From Sedimentisphaerales bacterium (GTDB lineage: Bacteria > Planctomycetota > Phycisphaerae > Sedimentisphaerales > SM23-30), in the NCBI GenBank assembly GCA_963663805.2, contig CAXXMR010000018.1, forward strand, positions 64,001 through 128,000: a stretch of DNA of 64,000 bases, written 5' to 3'. Under the pieces are notes generated by a model that made no database searches, was not told where the DNA came from, and saw only the letters and a program-made list of their open reading frames with translations. Every line of letters starts with the position of its first letter. Position 1 is the first letter of the stretch. Shown here one piece after another: positions 19,061 to 29,270 of the stretch. The position numbers and the translations under genes are program-made.

Positions 19061-20611
19061 ATGAAAATGTTTAAGCTAATATATTTGCTGGCAATGTCAA
19101 TACTTGTAGTGTCGCCTATTTTTGCTGCTGAGACAGAGGTTTTTAGTGTGGGGGGGCTTACTAATTGGGATTATATTGGTGGTGGTACCGCTTATGATGC
19201 GGACAACGGTAACGCTGAGCATCCGTTTAAAGAGTTGATGACTTTGAACACTCCGGCGAGCACCAACGACTATGGGGTCGATGGGGGCAGCTGGGATTGG
19301 GATGTCGCGGAGCTGGCCCCGGTTGGTCATGTTCTTCCCAATTCCGGGTCATATGTTGGTGTTCGTTATGAAGCGCCGGCGGGCAAGTTGATAACCGGAG
19401 TAACGATACCTCGGCTTTACGTTAATGTTGACACAAACATGCATGTTCAGATTTTTGATGCGGACGATGTTTTTCTGGTGGACCCCAATCGTACGGTGCT
19501 TACGGAGTTGATAACGGATGTTACCGCCACTTCAACCGGCACCTCCGCGATAGAGATTCGTTGGGTAAATATTGCTCCTTCTACAATCCATCTTTGGGGG
19601 GTCGGTAACGGCGTGATTTTTAATACGATAGAGATTGTAACAGAGGATGACCCGGATTATGTTCCTTTCAGCCCGCTTACGTTTGAGAATCCAAACAAGC
19701 CTTCGACGTGGTTTGGTTATTATCACGGTCTGACGGTTTACAGCAGCGGACCTTTAGGTGGTACCAATTGGGGTGACTCCATTGCGGTTGCCGGCAGTTA
19801 TACCAACTTAAACCATGTATTTCCATCTCAGGAGGCAATTGATTCGGCGATTGCTAATCATTCCTATATGCTGGTTGATGTAATGTGGTATTTGTTCAGC
19901 GAGAGCAGTCCGGGCAGTTTCAGTCTCCGGGGCGATTATCAGAATCAGATTCAGGGGCTGAAAACAATGTTCGCTGGTGCTGAGGATTATATTGGGGCTT
20001 TTTCTCCGCTGGATGAGCCATATCACAGGAACGTACCTCAGGCTGATCTTGAGGCGGTTATCGCGGAGTTGAAAGCGGTATTTCCGGGGATACCGAGTTA
20101 TCTGTGTTTTGCTCGTGATCCGATAAACTCCATGACGACGGCGACTCTTCCGGCGGGCCTGGACTGGATCGCGTTTGATTATTATGATACCGCGGGCGGG
20201 CCGGTTCAGATTTCGGAGGTTCAGGGTACGGTTAATCATATCAAGAGCATAAAGTCCGCTGACCAGAAGATATTCCTGGTTCCTCCTTCGGCGCAGGATA
20301 ATCTTCAGGCAGCCTATACGGACCAGCAGCTGGCGGATACGATTAATGCTTATTATGGTTTGATGCAGAGTGACCCGGAGATTATTGGTATGATTGTGTT
20401 TCCGGCGGATGGGTGTCGCCAGGTTGTTTTTGATGGTATCGGTACTACGATCCCTCTGGCGTTGGCGGCTCAACAGGCAATTGGCGCTGAGATAGCCGGT
20501 GAAGTATGCGGTGACATCTGGAATGGTTTGTACACTTTTGATTATGACGGTAATTGCAAGATTGATTTGCTGGATTGGGCTGTTTATACTACAAAATGGC
20601 TTGCAGAGTAG
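19061..20611 (+). CDS. Secreted modular protein: beta-rich N-domain, putative glycoside-hydrolase-like domain, dockerin-like C-terminus
   Basis: Signal peptide; LDEPY and DWIAFDYY; FDYDGNCKIDLLDWAVYTTKWL. Confidence 0.7.
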   Translation: MKMFKLIYLLAMSILVVSPIFAAETEVFSVGGLTNWDYIGGGTAYDADNGNAEHPFKELMTLNTPASTNDYGVDGGSWDWDVAELAPVGHVLPNSGSYVGVRYEAPAGKLITGVTIPRLYVNVDTNMHVQIFDADDVFLVDPNRTVLTELITDVTATSTGTSAIEIRWVNIAPSTIHLWGVGNGVIFNTIEIVTEDDPDYVPFSPLTFENPNKPSTWFGYYHGLTVYSSGPLGGTNWGDSIAVAGSYTNLNHVFPSQEAIDSAIANHSYMLVDVMWYLFSESSPGSFSLRGDYQNQIQGLKTMFAGAEDYIGAFSPLDEPYHRNVPQADLEAVIAELKAVFPGIPSYLCFARDPINSMTTATLPAGLDWIAFDYYDTAGGPVQISEVQGTVNHIKSIKSADQKIFLVPPSAQDNLQAAYTDQQLADTINAYYGLMQSDPEIIGMIVFPADGCRQVVFDGIGTTIPLALAAQQAIGAEIAGEVCGDIWNGLYTFDYDGNCKIDLLDWAVYTTKWLAE

Positions 20612-20620
20612 AAGGATTAT

Positions 20621-20660
20621 ACTTTTCCCCGGCGGTTCAATAAAGGCCGCCGGGGAGAGT
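20621..20660 (+). terminator. GC-rich hairpin
   Basis: CTTTTCCCCGGCGG..CCGCCGGGGAGAG. Confidence 0.55.
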
Positions 20661-20727
20661 ATGTTAGATTCATGGCGTTCCAGTTTTAGGCCTAAATAAA
20701 AGTTTAGAGGAATAAAAAGGCGATATC

Positions 20728-21585
20728 ATGTTTAAGAAGAAGGCATTTACTCTCGTTGAGCTATTGGTTGTGGTGGCTATAATCGCATTGTTGGTTTCGA
20801 TTCTTCTGCCGGCGATAGGCAAGGCGCGAAGTACAGCGCGGCGGGTTGTTTGCGGTACGCGTATGCACAATCTGGGGCTAACGATAGAGGCATTCAAGTC
20901 TGACAATGATGGTTCTTATCCCGGTGCGTGGTGGGGGACAACGTCTTTTAACCGGCGGCTGTATTATGAGTCACTGATTATTGCTGGTATGATAGAAGGT
21001 GAAGAGACAGTCAAGGGTAACGATGAATGGGTTGTCAAAGAAAAAGGTATCAGAGAGGCTTACTCTTGTCCTTCCTTCAGAAGTTTTTTACAAAAACGCA
21101 GTAATGTACTATATGGCTGGAGTAATACTGCTTATGCGGAACATTACCCCTTGGGTATTGGTTACAACAGCCATCTTTCAAAGTACGATATTTGGGATGA
21201 CACCAAGAATGCCCCGGGAGTTTCGGCAAACAATAAATTTATAGGTAAAATTCCCAATGCCAATACTTTGGTGCTGATAGACTCTTCGAGTTTTTTCCTC
21301 ATGAATACTTTGGGTGGTAATTTTTATCCTGTTTATGAGATGTCTCAAAGAGATGTGAATGGCGGCAAAAACGGGATTATTGCCGGGAGTCATTCTGGGG
21401 GATTATCCAATTCTTTATGGGGCGATATGCATGTGGAGGCCCGGAAGGCGGACGAATATATTAGGCGTTCACCCAATTCGCCTTCGGTGCTGGCGGGCAG
21501 TTCGATTCTGGACCACAGGCCATACGCGTATCAGGATAATGGCTACGCGGTCAGTTATGATGGTAAGATAGCTTGTCCGGAATAG
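20728..21585 (+). CDS. Prepilin-type N-terminal cleavage/methylation protein (DUF1559-like, H-X9-DG-like)
   Basis: KAFTLVELLVVVAIIALLVSILLPAIGKAR..C and C-terminal HSGGLSNSLWGDMHVE. Confidence 0.88.
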   Translation: MFKKKAFTLVELLVVVAIIALLVSILLPAIGKARSTARRVVCGTRMHNLGLTIEAFKSDNDGSYPGAWWGTTSFNRRLYYESLIIAGMIEGEETVKGNDEWVVKEKGIREAYSCPSFRSFLQKRSNVLYGWSNTAYAEHYPLGIGYNSHLSKYDIWDDTKNAPGVSANNKFIGKIPNANTLVLIDSSSFFLMNTLGGNFYPVYEMSQRDVNGGKNGIIAGSHSGGLSNSLWGDMHVEARKADEYIRRSPNSPSVLAGSSILDHRPYAYQDNGYAVSYDGKIACPE

Positions 21586-21756
21586 GGTTGCCAATACCGT
21601 ACCGGAGTTGTCGTTTCTGGTACGAAGGAACGATAGTGATGGGGGCAATGAGGATTTGTCTGTGAGGGGTTTAGTCCGTTTTACGTCCATGATTTGTTCG
21701 TCTCAATGATAGTTGCTCTATCCGTATTTTCATAAAGTGTCATTAGGAGGCAGCTT

Positions 21757-23214
21757 TTGAATATCGGCTCTGTGAAAAAGATTAAAACGTGTGATTTGTG
21801 GGGCTATGCGTCGGGTGAGGGGGCGACATCGATCACCATGAACGGCATTGGTAATTTTGGGATGCTGTTCTATACTCAGGTGATGGGCATGAGTGCGGAG
21901 CTTGCCGGGACGGCTCTGTCAATCGCTACGGTTTGGGACGCGATCACTGACCCGTTGATGGGTACGATATCCGACCGCACGAATTCGCGTTTTGGTCGCC
22001 GGCATCCTTTTATGCTCATAGGCGGGGTTATTCTGGCGATTTCTTTTTTGGCTATGTGGTTTATTCCGGAATCGTTTCAGGGCGAGAAAAAGCTGTTTGT
22101 TTATCTGCTGGCGGTCAATATTTTTATTAAAACCGCATTCACCGTTTTTGTGGTTCCCTATACGGCTCTTGGTTTCGAGATGTGCAAGAGCTATGACGAT
22201 CGTTCTCGTCTTCAGGGCGTCCGTTACGGTTTCAATATGATTGTCAATATTATATTTGGTGGTTTGGCCTGGGTACTGTTCTTTGGTGATAAGGTTGCCG
22301 CGGACGGTACGGTTATTGATGGCACGAAGGTGCACGCACACTATTTGACCATGGGTGCGGTACTCGCGGCGGGTGCTTTTGGGCTAATTGTCTTTTGTGT
22401 CTGGATGACTTACAAATATGCTGAAAAGGGGCTTGTCCGCAAAGAGAGCGAAGGAGGCGGGGGACATATCAAGGCATTTATTCATGATTTAAAGGATGTT
22501 TATTCGGATAAGCTGGTGTGGTTTGTTTTGTCATTTTTCGCCATCGCTCAATTTTCGATGATGGTGGTTTCTCAAGTGCAAATGTTTACTTATGTTGAAT
22601 ATATGCATTTCAGTGCCGGCGAGAAAACCTTTGTGCATACCGGCGGGATGGTTGGTTTTATGCTGGGCTCACTGGCGTTGGGTGGTTTGGTGCGGCGTCT
22701 GGACAAAAAACGTACCGGTTATCTGGGGATGGCTATCAGCTCTCTGGGCAGTCTGGCTCTGCTGGCGGTTTTTACGGGAGGGCTGCTGGAGCCACAGGCT
22801 AAAATTGGCGGATTCCCAATTGCTGTGGCGGTTTTTGGTTTGTTGCAGATGATGTGGTGGGGGGGATGTGGTATTATTGTTCCGATGGCTACTGCCATGA
22901 TTGCCGACCTGTCCGAGATCAAAAAGCTGCAAACCGGCGAGGTGACCGAAGGGCGTTACGCTGCCGGGTTTTCCTTTTTCCTCAAAGCTGCCGGCGCGTT
23001 TGGGCTTTTTGTGACTGGTTATATCCTCAAAAGCACAGGCTATGTTTCCGGGGCTGAATCTCAGAGTTTAGAGACGGTCAACAGTTTAGCGTTGATGACC
23101 TTTATCATTGGTCCTGCCATGATGTTTCTGTCGTTTTTGATTCTTCGTAAGTATCCGATTACCCATCAGTCTATGAACGAGCTGCGCAGGCAGTATGGCC
23201 GTGATGAGGAATAG
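21757..23214 (+). CDS. MFS glycoside-pentoside-hexuronide (MelB-like) transporter
   Basis: WDAITDPLMGTISDRTNSRFGRRHPF; about 12 hydrophobic segments. Confidence 0.9.
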   Translation: MNIGSVKKIKTCDLWGYASGEGATSITMNGIGNFGMLFYTQVMGMSAELAGTALSIATVWDAITDPLMGTISDRTNSRFGRRHPFMLIGGVILAISFLAMWFIPESFQGEKKLFVYLLAVNIFIKTAFTVFVVPYTALGFEMCKSYDDRSRLQGVRYGFNMIVNIIFGGLAWVLFFGDKVAADGTVIDGTKVHAHYLTMGAVLAAGAFGLIVFCVWMTYKYAEKGLVRKESEGGGGHIKAFIHDLKDVYSDKLVWFVLSFFAIAQFSMMVVSQVQMFTYVEYMHFSAGEKTFVHTGGMVGFMLGSLALGGLVRRLDKKRTGYLGMAISSLGSLALLAVFTGGLLEPQAKIGGFPIAVAVFGLLQMMWWGGCGIIVPMATAMIADLSEIKKLQTGEVTEGRYAAGFSFFLKAAGAFGLFVTGYILKSTGYVSGAESQSLETVNSLALMTFIIGPAMMFLSFLILRKYPITHQSMNELRRQYGRDEE

Positions 23215-23318
23215 TGGCTTGCAAAGATGCGTAACAGGGGGACAGGCAATAAAATGCTGTGAATTAGCTGGTATGGCTGGTTTTTATGTGGAACAGGCAA
23301 TATATGAAAGGGATTGCT

Positions 23319-24710
23319 ATGCAAAAAATTAAATTTGGTGTAAACAGTTTATTAGCCGTTGTTATGTTATTGACAGTTGGAATGGTTAATGTTGGGGATT
23401 GTGGTGAACTGCCTGAAATTACACTGGAGCCATTTCCGATACTTTCCTGGATCCCGCCGGAATTGACTGCGGAGGGTCTGGGTTTGTATAAAGATGCCGG
23501 CTTCAACATTTTGTATATTTATCCGGAAGAAGATGTTTATCGGAAAATGAAGAAGAACTGGGACGGCAAGTGGATGGTGTTTAAGGAATGGAACGAGAAG
23601 GGTTATGATTATAAAACGCTGTGTGATTTTCATGCTGATGACCCGCAGCGTATAGGGTTTATGCTGGGTGATGAGCCGACGGTAGCCGAGATAGATGAAT
23701 ATGTTGAGCAATATGATTATCTTCGGTCGCGGCATCCTGATGATATTTGTCTGGTAAATATGTTTCCGTCTTATGCCAGCGAGACACGTCTGGGCAGTAC
23801 ATTCCGTCAGTATGTAGAAACATATTTTGCAAAGCTCAGGCCTCGTTACAGTTCTTTGGATCATTATCCGTGTTACTGGCATGATTATGACTCGCCGAGT
23901 TTTTATCATGACCTTGAAATCAGCCGAGAAGTTTCGAGTCGGTACAACTGCAAGCAGTTTGGTTTTGTGCAGGTTTATTCCTCGCGTAAGGACCGCGATG
24001 TGAGCAGTTCCGACCTAGCTTGGCAGATTAATACCTTCCTGGCCTATAACTGTAAAGGTTTGTGGTATTTTTACTTTAGGAATCCGGTGCCCGGCATAAA
24101 TGATTTGGTGGGCCGGGACTCAATGAAGAGGCTCAAGCAGGATGAATGTATTGATTTCAGAAAAGGCCGTCGTACAGCGAAGCGACAGGGGATATATCGG
24201 TTTGGCCGCGGTGTTCTCGATGCCGATGACCAGAAAAGTGACCTTTTTGACGATGTGTCGCAAATAAACAAAGAAGCCTCGGTTTGGGGCGAAACATTGA
24301 TCGGTCTGAAGTGTCTTAAGATAAGACATTTTCGGGGCTTTGATGATGGTTATGCTCCTGTGGGTACGGCTGAGTTTGCCCGGCTGGACTGGGACGGGGC
24401 GGTGGAGCAGTATGTTGAGGATATTAAAGCCGCAGAAGAATATCTCAGTATGGGTTATATTCTGAGTTATTTTGAGGATGGCCAGAAACGCCCTTACCTG
24501 ATGATTGTCAATAAACGGCATGGCGAATGGATGCGCCGGGAAGACGGCACACTGGCAACGGTGGTGTCTTTTACCAAAGATGTTAAAAATGTATTTTCCG
24601 TTTCTAATGTGACCGGCAAGGAAGAGAGGGGTGCACTTGACAAGGCCAATTCATTTGAGGTCGAACTATCAGGCGGCGGGGCTGTTCTTTTAAGGCTTGA
24701 AGTTGAGTAA
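23319..24710 (+). CDS. Secreted hypothetical protein, glycoside-hydrolase-like
   Basis: Signal peptide; GDEP, VNMFPSY, SLDHYP and KGLWYFYF pattern suggestive of a TIM-barrel GH. Confidence 0.55.
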   Translation: MQKIKFGVNSLLAVVMLLTVGMVNVGDCGELPEITLEPFPILSWIPPELTAEGLGLYKDAGFNILYIYPEEDVYRKMKKNWDGKWMVFKEWNEKGYDYKTLCDFHADDPQRIGFMLGDEPTVAEIDEYVEQYDYLRSRHPDDICLVNMFPSYASETRLGSTFRQYVETYFAKLRPRYSSLDHYPCYWHDYDSPSFYHDLEISREVSSRYNCKQFGFVQVYSSRKDRDVSSSDLAWQINTFLAYNCKGLWYFYFRNPVPGINDLVGRDSMKRLKQDECIDFRKGRRTAKRQGIYRFGRGVLDADDQKSDLFDDVSQINKEASVWGETLIGLKCLKIRHFRGFDDGYAPVGTAEFARLDWDGAVEQYVEDIKAAEEYLSMGYILSYFEDGQKRPYLMIVNKRHGEWMRREDGTLATVVSFTKDVKNVFSVSNVTGKEERGALDKANSFEVELSGGGAVLLRLEVE

Positions 24711-24799
24711 TAAGGTTGCAGCGGTGAGAAGTTGTTGTTGCGGTAATGCTATTGTGCATAAAGTGGAAAAGTGTTGTGCATAACGAAAGGACCAGTAAT

Positions 24800-26149
24800 A
24801 TGAGACAGAGATTTTGCCTGATCACTCTAACAGCGTTTTTGTCTTTTTCAGCGGCGACTTTCGGGGCATCTAATGACGGTGACCACGTTTTTTTCTACAA
24901 TCAATTTGGTTCTCCGGCCTTTGAGACCATCAACGACTGGGTCGTGATAGGTTCGCCGGGTTATGAGAATTATTTTAGTTTGAACAGTGATGTTGATTGT
25001 GTTGAAGACGCAGTGGATGTCGCAGGTTTGAACACCAGGTTGGACTGGACCGTGCCTTATACCCAGACCGTGCCGGCGGGTACCTGGTGTGGTTATGAAT
25101 TTACGATACCGTCTGGGGTAAAGGAAAATATTATCCGGTGGTACACCGCGGGTCGATACAATATCGGTACCGGTGCCGAGGTGCGTCTTATCGATGAATA
25201 CGATAATATTATTTGGAGCTATGACGATACCGGTACATGGCTGGACACTTACAGCGATTTCTTTTCGCCTACAGAAAAGGTTCGTTTGATAGTGTATCAG
25301 AATACGGCGGGTTATCTCTGGGCAGGTCAGTATTTTTATGCTCAGTTAATGCAGATGACCACTCAGGATATTCCGGAATATTTTGGCTATTACTTTGTTA
25401 ATTCCGCTCGCGGTGATTTTTTTGAAAACGTCAATTATGATATTTCAGGGTTTACTAACCTCAACCATGTTATGCTGAATAGTATGAGCGTTGCCGAAGT
25501 TGCCGCCCTGGCCGGTCGTTATGCGGCAAAGGGTTGCAAGATGATGGTTGATACACGTTGGCAGTTCTTTGACGGCAACGGTGATTTGTTGCCCCTGGCA
25601 ACCCGGCAAGCGCAATGGGCGTTGTTGTGGAGCAAAATACAGCCGGTAATAGACTCCGTGGGCGGCTTATATCTAATAGACGAGCCGGTTATTAACGGTG
25701 CCAGCACGGCTGATTTGTACACCGCCATATCGGAAATCAAGAATGACTATAGCGGCCCTCTTCTGGCGGTTTATTCCTATGTGACGGTGGAGCAGCTTGG
25801 CTGGGGTGTTATACCCACTAATATCGACTGGGTAGGCGTAAACAAATTCAGTTGTGATTTTGCTGATATAGAAAGCTTAGTTGCTACACTCGAGGAATTC
25901 CTGCCGGCATGGCAGAAGATTTTCCTGGTTCCTCAGGCGACTACCTATCAGCCATGTTCGTATATTGCCAGCCAGGAGCTGGAATGTTACGATTGGCAGG
26001 TTCACAACTGGAGTTGGGAATATTGGAAGTTGGCCAATGAGAACCCAAAGATCGTGGGCTTAATGTGTCATGTTCTTGAAGATATGATAGGCTGCGATAT
26101 GACATTGTCACAGGAAGCACAAAGTGCAATTGGCACAAAAGTGAAGTAG
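24800..26149 (+). CDS. Secreted chimeric protein (N-domain paralogous to 17438, C-domain paralogous to 19061)
   Basis: Shared blocks TINDW..GYE.YF, TVPAGTW.GYE, TNLNHV, DEP and QKIFLVP. Confidence 0.75.
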   Translation: MRQRFCLITLTAFLSFSAATFGASNDGDHVFFYNQFGSPAFETINDWVVIGSPGYENYFSLNSDVDCVEDAVDVAGLNTRLDWTVPYTQTVPAGTWCGYEFTIPSGVKENIIRWYTAGRYNIGTGAEVRLIDEYDNIIWSYDDTGTWLDTYSDFFSPTEKVRLIVYQNTAGYLWAGQYFYAQLMQMTTQDIPEYFGYYFVNSARGDFFENVNYDISGFTNLNHVMLNSMSVAEVAALAGRYAAKGCKMMVDTRWQFFDGNGDLLPLATRQAQWALLWSKIQPVIDSVGGLYLIDEPVINGASTADLYTAISEIKNDYSGPLLAVYSYVTVEQLGWGVIPTNIDWVGVNKFSCDFADIESLVATLEEFLPAWQKIFLVPQATTYQPCSYIASQELECYDWQVHNWSWEYWKLANENPKIVGLMCHVLEDMIGCDMTLSQEAQSAIGTKVK

Positions 26150-26219
26150 GATAAACATAAATAACACTTTTCCACTTTTCTTGATGAGCGATAAGTGCCA
26201 AAGTATGAAGGTTTGGTAA

Positions 26220-27707
26220 ATGACAGGTAAAAAAATCAGAAGACGTGACTTTCTTAATTCCGTAATTGCCGCAGCTACGCTGCCGAGTGTTTCTGTGCTG
26301 TCGCAAATGGTTAATTCTGCCGCCCGGGAGGATGGCAAACGGCCCAACTTTGTTTTTATAATGACTGATGACCAGAAATGGGACGCTGTAGGTTTTGAAG
26401 CGGAATATCCTTTTTTGAAAACTCCCAATATTGACCGGATAGCCAGGGAAGGTGTGGTTTTCAAAAACGCATTTGTTACGACTTCGCTTTGTTCGCCGTC
26501 GCGGGCATGTTGTCTGACGGGAATGTATGCTCATAAAAATGGGGTTCCGGTGAATGAAGTCGCCGACCACCGGTTAGATGTCGATTCTCTGCAAAGATGT
26601 TTGTGGCAAAAAGGCTATGAGGTTGCGTTTATTGGCAAGTGGCATCAGGAATTACACGCGAATCCGCGGCCGGATTTTGATTATTGGCTCAGCTTTGAAG
26701 GTCAGGGTCAGTATTTTGATCCGGAGTTAAACGAAAACGGTAAAAGCTTTCAGGCTTTGGGTTATATAACTGACATACTGACGCGGTACACTGAGAAATG
26801 GCTGGAAGAAAAACGTGATAAAAGCAAGCCTTTTTGTCTATTTTTATGGCACAAGGCAATTCATGGCCCATTTTTGCCCGCCCCTGAGGATGAAAATCTC
26901 TACCAGGATGTTTTGATTCCTGAGCCTAAGAATTACCATGACGATTATTCAGATAAAGGCAAATGGCTGCGTCGCGCGGCAAGTTATGGCGTTCATCGTG
27001 AGCCATATCATGAAAGTCAGGGTAAGCCTATACCGGCAAGCACTCCACCAGCTAAGCCATGGTCCGGCAAGGAAAATGCCTGGATGAATTATCTGAAAAC
27101 TATTTCAGCGGTTGACAGAAGTACGGGGCGAGTATACGAGAAACTGCAAAAACTGGGCATTCTTGACAATACCTTTTTGATGTTTACCAGTGATAACGGC
27201 TATTTGCTGGGCAATCATCACAGTGTTTCTGATAAGCGGATTATGTGGGAAGAATCCATGAAAGTGCCCCTGATAATTCGTTTTCCCGGATTAATTAAAT
27301 CGGGTAGTGTAATTGAGGAAATGGTTTTGAATATAGATTTCGCTCCGACCTTTATCGATTTAGCTGGCGGGTCAATTCCGGAGACGATGCAGGGCAAATC
27401 TTTTGCGCTGCTGCTGCAAGGCAATAAACAGGGATGGCGGAAAGATTTTCTTTATGAATACTTCCGTGAGGGTTATGCTCCGGGTATTCCCAGTGTAGTG
27501 GGCATTCGCACGGACAGATTTAAGCTTATAGAGTATCCTGAGTTAGACGGCGATAATGAGTTATATGATTTGCAAAATGATCCTCTGGAGATGAGGAATC
27601 TTTATAATGAGGGTGATTATGTGGTGCTTAGAGAGAATCTCAAAGAACGGCTGGAGGCCTTAAAGAAGCAATATGGTTATAAGGTGCCTGATTATCCTTT
27701 CAAGTAG
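26220..27707 (+). CDS. Formylglycine-dependent sulfatase (S1), Tat signal
   Basis: RRDFL twin-arginine; RPNFVFIMTDDQ; CSPSRA; GKWH; SDNG. Confidence 0.93.
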   Translation: MTGKKIRRRDFLNSVIAAATLPSVSVLSQMVNSAAREDGKRPNFVFIMTDDQKWDAVGFEAEYPFLKTPNIDRIAREGVVFKNAFVTTSLCSPSRACCLTGMYAHKNGVPVNEVADHRLDVDSLQRCLWQKGYEVAFIGKWHQELHANPRPDFDYWLSFEGQGQYFDPELNENGKSFQALGYITDILTRYTEKWLEEKRDKSKPFCLFLWHKAIHGPFLPAPEDENLYQDVLIPEPKNYHDDYSDKGKWLRRAASYGVHREPYHESQGKPIPASTPPAKPWSGKENAWMNYLKTISAVDRSTGRVYEKLQKLGILDNTFLMFTSDNGYLLGNHHSVSDKRIMWEESMKVPLIIRFPGLIKSGSVIEEMVLNIDFAPTFIDLAGGSIPETMQGKSFALLLQGNKQGWRKDFLYEYFREGYAPGIPSVVGIRTDRFKLIEYPELDGDNELYDLQNDPLEMRNLYNEGDYVVLRENLKERLEALKKQYGYKVPDYPFK

Positions 27708-27716
27708 GGAGTAGTT

Positions 27717-29258
27717 ATGAAAATCAAAAAAATTATCATCGTAATTCTATTTATTATGCCTGGCTTAGTAGTCGCGGAGTTGAGTTTGCCGACATTGATT
27801 TCCGATGGTATGGTCTTGCAGCGGAATTCTGAGGTTCCGTTGTGGGGCTGGGGGACACCGGGGACGGATGTTTATGTCAAGGTTGGCTGGAGTGATGAGA
27901 CATACTCTGTCCGGGCTGATGGTAAGGGTGAATGGCGTGTTACGGTTGCGACCGGTCAAGCGGGTGGCCCCTATGATATTCAGGTCGCGGGGGAGAACAG
28001 CCTTACCATAAAAAATGTGTTGCTTGGTGAAGTGTGGGTATGTTCGGGTCAGTCCAATATGGTTTATATTCTGGCCGGCAGTATCAATGGCGAATCAGTC
28101 GCGGCGCAGGCCAATGATGATTCATTGCGATTTTTTCAGGTTCCGCAGCGTACAGGTGATGTTCCGGCGCAGGATTGCTATAGCCAATGGCAAAGCTGTA
28201 CACCCGAAACAGCTCGGATTTTCAGTGCGGTCGGCTATTATTTCGGAAGCGAGCTTCGGAAGGAGTTGGGGGTTCCGATAGGTCTTATTCAGCCGTCGGT
28301 AGGGGGAACCCCCGTGGACGCCTGGATAGAGGAGGATGTGTTAAAGTCTGTTCCTGATTTTGCCGTCAATGTGAAACGTTATTATGAACTTCTCAAGGAT
28401 TATCCAAAAGCAAAGAAGGAATATGATAAGAAGCTCCAGGAATACGAAGCTTCGCTTGCCGGTGGCATTGCGATTACCAAGCCACAGCCTCCGATGGGGC
28501 CGGACCATTTCCAAAAACCTTCGGGACTTTATAATGCCATGATAGCACCTCTGGTACCCTATGGTCTGGCGGGTTTTATTTGGTATCAGGGTGAGAGTAA
28601 TTCCTGGCGGGCCCATCAATATATTAAAATGTTTCCGGCAATGGTAAAAAGCTGGCGGAGCAAATGGGGAGCGAATTTGCCATTTTATTATGTGCAGATT
28701 GCCCCGTGTACTTATTACGACAATGATTCACATGGCATGGCAAATATCAGTGCGGAGCTTCGCGAGGCCCAAAGGCTGTCCTTGGATATAATATCAAATA
28801 GCGGGATGGCGGTTACGCTGGATACTGTTGATGATTATGAAGATATACATCCCAAAAACAAAAAAGATCCAGGCTGCCGTTTGGCGAAGTTGGCGTTAAA
28901 GGCAACGTATAATCGTGATATTGTTGCTTCTGGCCCATTGTACAAAAGGATGGAAGTGCAAGGCGGTAACGTCAGGATTTATTTCGACCATGTTGGCAGT
29001 GGGCTTGTAATTCGTTCGGAAAGTGAAACCGGTTTTGAGATTGCCGGGAGTGATGGTCGGTATTATCCCGCAAGCGTCAAAATAGAAGGCGATTCACTGG
29101 TGTTGAGTGCGGTCGAAGTGCTTGAGCCAGTTGCGGCCCGCTATGCCTGGAGCAATACCGCCAAGGCAACTCTTTTTAATCGCGAAGGTCTGCCTGCTTC
29201 GTCATTTCGGACAGATAACAGCAAGTGGGAAACGGAAGGGAAGCTGACATATTTTTAG
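27717..29258 (+). CDS. Sialate O-acetylesterase (SASA/SGNH)
   Basis: GEVWVCSGQSNM, WYQGESN and DIHP motifs. Confidence 0.92.
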   Translation: MKIKKIIIVILFIMPGLVVAELSLPTLISDGMVLQRNSEVPLWGWGTPGTDVYVKVGWSDETYSVRADGKGEWRVTVATGQAGGPYDIQVAGENSLTIKNVLLGEVWVCSGQSNMVYILAGSINGESVAAQANDDSLRFFQVPQRTGDVPAQDCYSQWQSCTPETARIFSAVGYYFGSELRKELGVPIGLIQPSVGGTPVDAWIEEDVLKSVPDFAVNVKRYYELLKDYPKAKKEYDKKLQEYEASLAGGIAITKPQPPMGPDHFQKPSGLYNAMIAPLVPYGLAGFIWYQGESNSWRAHQYIKMFPAMVKSWRSKWGANLPFYYVQIAPCTYYDNDSHGMANISAELREAQRLSLDIISNSGMAVTLDTVDDYEDIHPKNKKDPGCRLAKLALKATYNRDIVASGPLYKRMEVQGGNVRIYFDHVGSGLVIRSESETGFEIAGSDGRYYPASVKIEGDSLVLSAVEVLEPVAARYAWSNTAKATLFNREGLPASSFRTDNSKWETEGKLTYF

Positions 29259-29270
29259 AGAATATAAACA

